64,000 nt of DNA, taken from positions 7,642-71,641 of the forward strand of contig NMRA01000350.1 of the NCBI GenBank assembly GCA_002633005.1, written 5' to 3'. Origin of the DNA: Phoronis australis (lineage: Eukaryota; Animalia; Phoronida). Positions 61,186 to 64,000 of the stretch are shown in pieces; position 1 is the stretch's first letter, and each line of letters begins with the position of its first letter. Below the pieces are notes generated by a model. That model was not told where the DNA came from. It searched no databases and worked only from the letters and a program-made list of their open reading frames with translations. Made by a program: the position numbers and the translations under genes.

Positions 61186-62759
61186 TTAATGATCTCAATA
61201 CACCTGAAGAATGTATACTAGTGGTTGAATAGAAAGTTTCCCTGGGCGATTGTCTTGAAACCTGTGGGTACCTATTCAGGACAAAGTCAAAAGCCTTTGG
61301 AAATTTGAAGAGGACAATTTTGTTTTACTATCATTCACTTTAAATGATTAGTTTTACTTGACAAAGTAATAACAAAAAACGAATAGCTAGTTGAAGTTAC
61401 ACTTCGTTAAAGGGCCTTTCATACTAATGTCAATGGGTTGATGTTTTGGGGAGTTTCGATCAGTATGAATGGGAATATGTCAGAGAGATAATTATTTTGT
61501 ATTCGACACCCAGTGTTGGCAATCAGGAAAACTGCTTTAATATGCATTAAAAATAAGTAAACATGACTATCCGATATATAAAATAAAATTTAAAACATTA
61601 CTGATCATCATTGCAATAAAAATGCATTTTAATTATTTGTTTTTCAAATAGGACTTTCCCTAGTAAGTTGATGTACAGACTTTTCTGGGCCATGTTGCTG
61701 ATAGTTTTGATGCATGCCCATGTTAATAACAACAAAGGAGCTGCTTTAAAAATATTAATAACAAAACTTCAGTATCTTCTTATAACAAACTATGAGGCAA
61801 ACAATTGGTTCAGCATGGTTCGGTTGACAGCATTGTCTTGTGGAATTTGAATTTTGATTGAAAACACCTGAGTGCTGTCTTTTAGTGTTACATCAGACAC
61901 TAAATTACATTGAATTTAGGATTATGACTGATTTAGGAAAATGTGGAGCTAATAAAATTATCAAATGTTAGTGATAAGCTTGGATAGCTTTTCACTTTGC
62001 CTTTAATTCTATACTTGAGGGTCTAATCTTTCCAATTTAAGAGGCATTAAGTTAATGTCGCATTACGGCTCACGCCCATACAATTATGAATTCCTTGATC
62101 CATGATGGCATTTTCCCCGAGTTTCAGAGAACTTTCCAGCAGATATTTGTACCCCACCCAGTTGCTTCTGGTCTCCAGGCATCTCGATGTAAGTTGAGTG
62201 TGGCGGATGTACATGATGGCCGTACGTGACGGACGTATGCTCTGAATTTCTAGTATTAAATTGTTTGTTGTGACTAAGATATCAATTCAGAATAATTCAA
62301 ACTTTTGCAGTACTTAAGCTATATTGGTCTTTTGCTACTGATTCAATGTTTTTAATCAAAATGCGCCAATTGACCTGTTGGACGAAATCATCAAGTAAGC
62401 CTATACTGGGAATGTTCTCTATGATTTTACTTTTTCAATACATTTGATTAAAGATATAAAATAACCAGTTTGTATTTGACACCTGCTGGTTATCAGGAAA
62501 ACTGTTTTTATGCATTAAGTAGTAATATACTACTAAACTTATCAGATACTCAGTCTTTATTGAGCCACTAGTATGATTAGCTTTTCATCGAGCTTTTTAA
62601 CTCATTTCTTCTTTTCAATTCTTAAGATAGGCATTCGATAATGTTACATCACGGTTCACGCCAGTATTGAATTGATCCACAGTGGCATTTTTAGAGTTTC
62701 AGAGAATATTCTGGCAGATGTTTATTCTTCTCCCAGTGTCATTCTGAAGTATATGTAAA

Positions 62760-63901
62760 AAAAATAAAATTGCCACTAAGGAGCACATCGGTAGTCAGAT
62801 CCGTTCGAAAGTCGTGGTCGTCCGTTATCAATACTGATATAAATACACTTGCTAAATTTAGTAAAGGTCCTGCAAACGGCTTAGGAGATACAGCCATGGG
62901 CGCAAAAAAAACTGCCACTAGAAGGCACTACAATAATAGAAGTCGTCGGAAAATCATCATGAGCTGTCTTCTTCATAGTAAGAACGTACATGCCAATTTT
63001 CACAATCATCCTTAGAATGGTTTGGTTGATCATAGAGAGGTGGACGCCAAAAACAGACTGTAAAACACTTAAAATGGCCACTTGGTGGCGCAAACTACAA
63101 TGAATCCATCCGAAAACGGAAGGATAGCGTCATCTCACTAACATGTGTCTGTCTATATGCCAAATTTTATGAAAATCCCTTGAGGACCTTTGAATATACG
63201 GAGATAATAAACTAAAATTGCCATTGGGGGCACACCGGGTGGTCTGATCCATCCGAAAGTTGGCGTTGTCTGTGGTCAACATCATACAAATACACTTGCT
63301 AAATTTAATACCAATCCTGTAAACATGCAGTTAAGAGATACAGCCATTGGTGCAAAACAAAACAAAACAAAATTGTCACTAGGAGGCGCCACAGCTAGTC
63401 AAAGTCGTTGGAAAATCATCACGAGCCGACCTCTTCATGGTAAAAATATACATGCCAATTTTCACAATCAGCCCCAGAGCGGTTTGGTTGACAGAGGTGT
63501 GGACACCAAAAAACACGACTTGAAATAGTAAAAATGGCCACTAGGTGACGCAAACTACGTCGAATCCATCCGAAAACAGGAGGATAGAGTCATCTCACTA
63601 ATAGATGCCTATATACCAATTTTTTTTGAGAATTCATCGGGAACATTTGAAGATACAGAGGTAAATGTAAAAAAACTAAAATTGCCACTAGGGGGGAAAC
63701 CAGTCGTTGGATTCGTCCGAAAGTAGTTCGCTCATGCCATCCCATCCATGAAAAGAACACATGTGCAAACAGTCATGAACTATACGTCAAAAGCTTTTGG
63801 AGATAGAGCAGCGGATGCCGGACACCAAACGGACAGATGCGGAACAGACGGACGGACCGAGATGACGGCATAATACGTCCCCATATGAAGTGCATAAAAA
63901 A
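62760..63901 (+). mobile_element. HINE/pearl-like repeat copy with intact 3' end
   Basis: Units ~461 bp apart (ggtttggttga at ~63019 and 63481); 3' gacggacggac tract then gtgcataaaaa. Confidence 0.75.
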
Positions 63902-64000
63902 GCAAGTAGTGTAGTTAAAATCTCTCCTAGAGCCAATACTTCATAGCTCTCAAACTTCAGGGTTAAGATAAACATTTGCCCAAACCTATCCTTCACTAAG

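Noticed and set aside
12268-63996. Recurring ORFs of the KLPLGG/QPWAQK type (e.g. 12268, 19870, 20330, 56835, 62770, 63325)
   Set aside because: Chance translations of the dispersed repeat; frames are not maintained between copies.

Overview
Eukaryotic, AT-rich, repeat-rich draft-assembly DNA. It looks like a heterozygous marine invertebrate, which is an inference from repeat types and assembly artefacts; the species cannot be determined. The ORF track is mostly noise, and the real genes appear only after manual splicing. (1) On the + strand, the last three exons (905-1114, 2693-2997, 3814-4152) of a FAM111-like trypsin-fold serine protease, with intact His/Asp/Ser motifs. (2) On the - strand, tail-to-tail with it, a complete 23-coding-exon gene (41772 to 10378; 3003 nt, 1000 aa, all intron phases compatible). 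It encodes CARD + coiled coil + Ser-rich linker + PDZ + SH3 + GUK, i.e. a full CARMA (CARD10/11/14-type) scaffold. It has a GC-AG first intron, a DSGxxS motif formed across a splice junction, and a possible upstream exon near 60.3 kb. (3) Two THAP-bearing Kolobok-type DNA transposon copies (TTAA TSD, 15-bp TIR), one nested in another repeat. (4) A dispersed HINE/pearl-like repeat family with ~450-460-bp internal units rich in CTCF-like motifs, with every copy in the same orientation. (5) Several minisatellites, MITE-like hairpins, and two duplications flanking Ns that are probably haplotype artefacts. No prokaryotic features, CRISPR arrays, rRNA genes or convincing tRNA genes. All family assignments come from motif recognition and recalled sequences; no database search was run.
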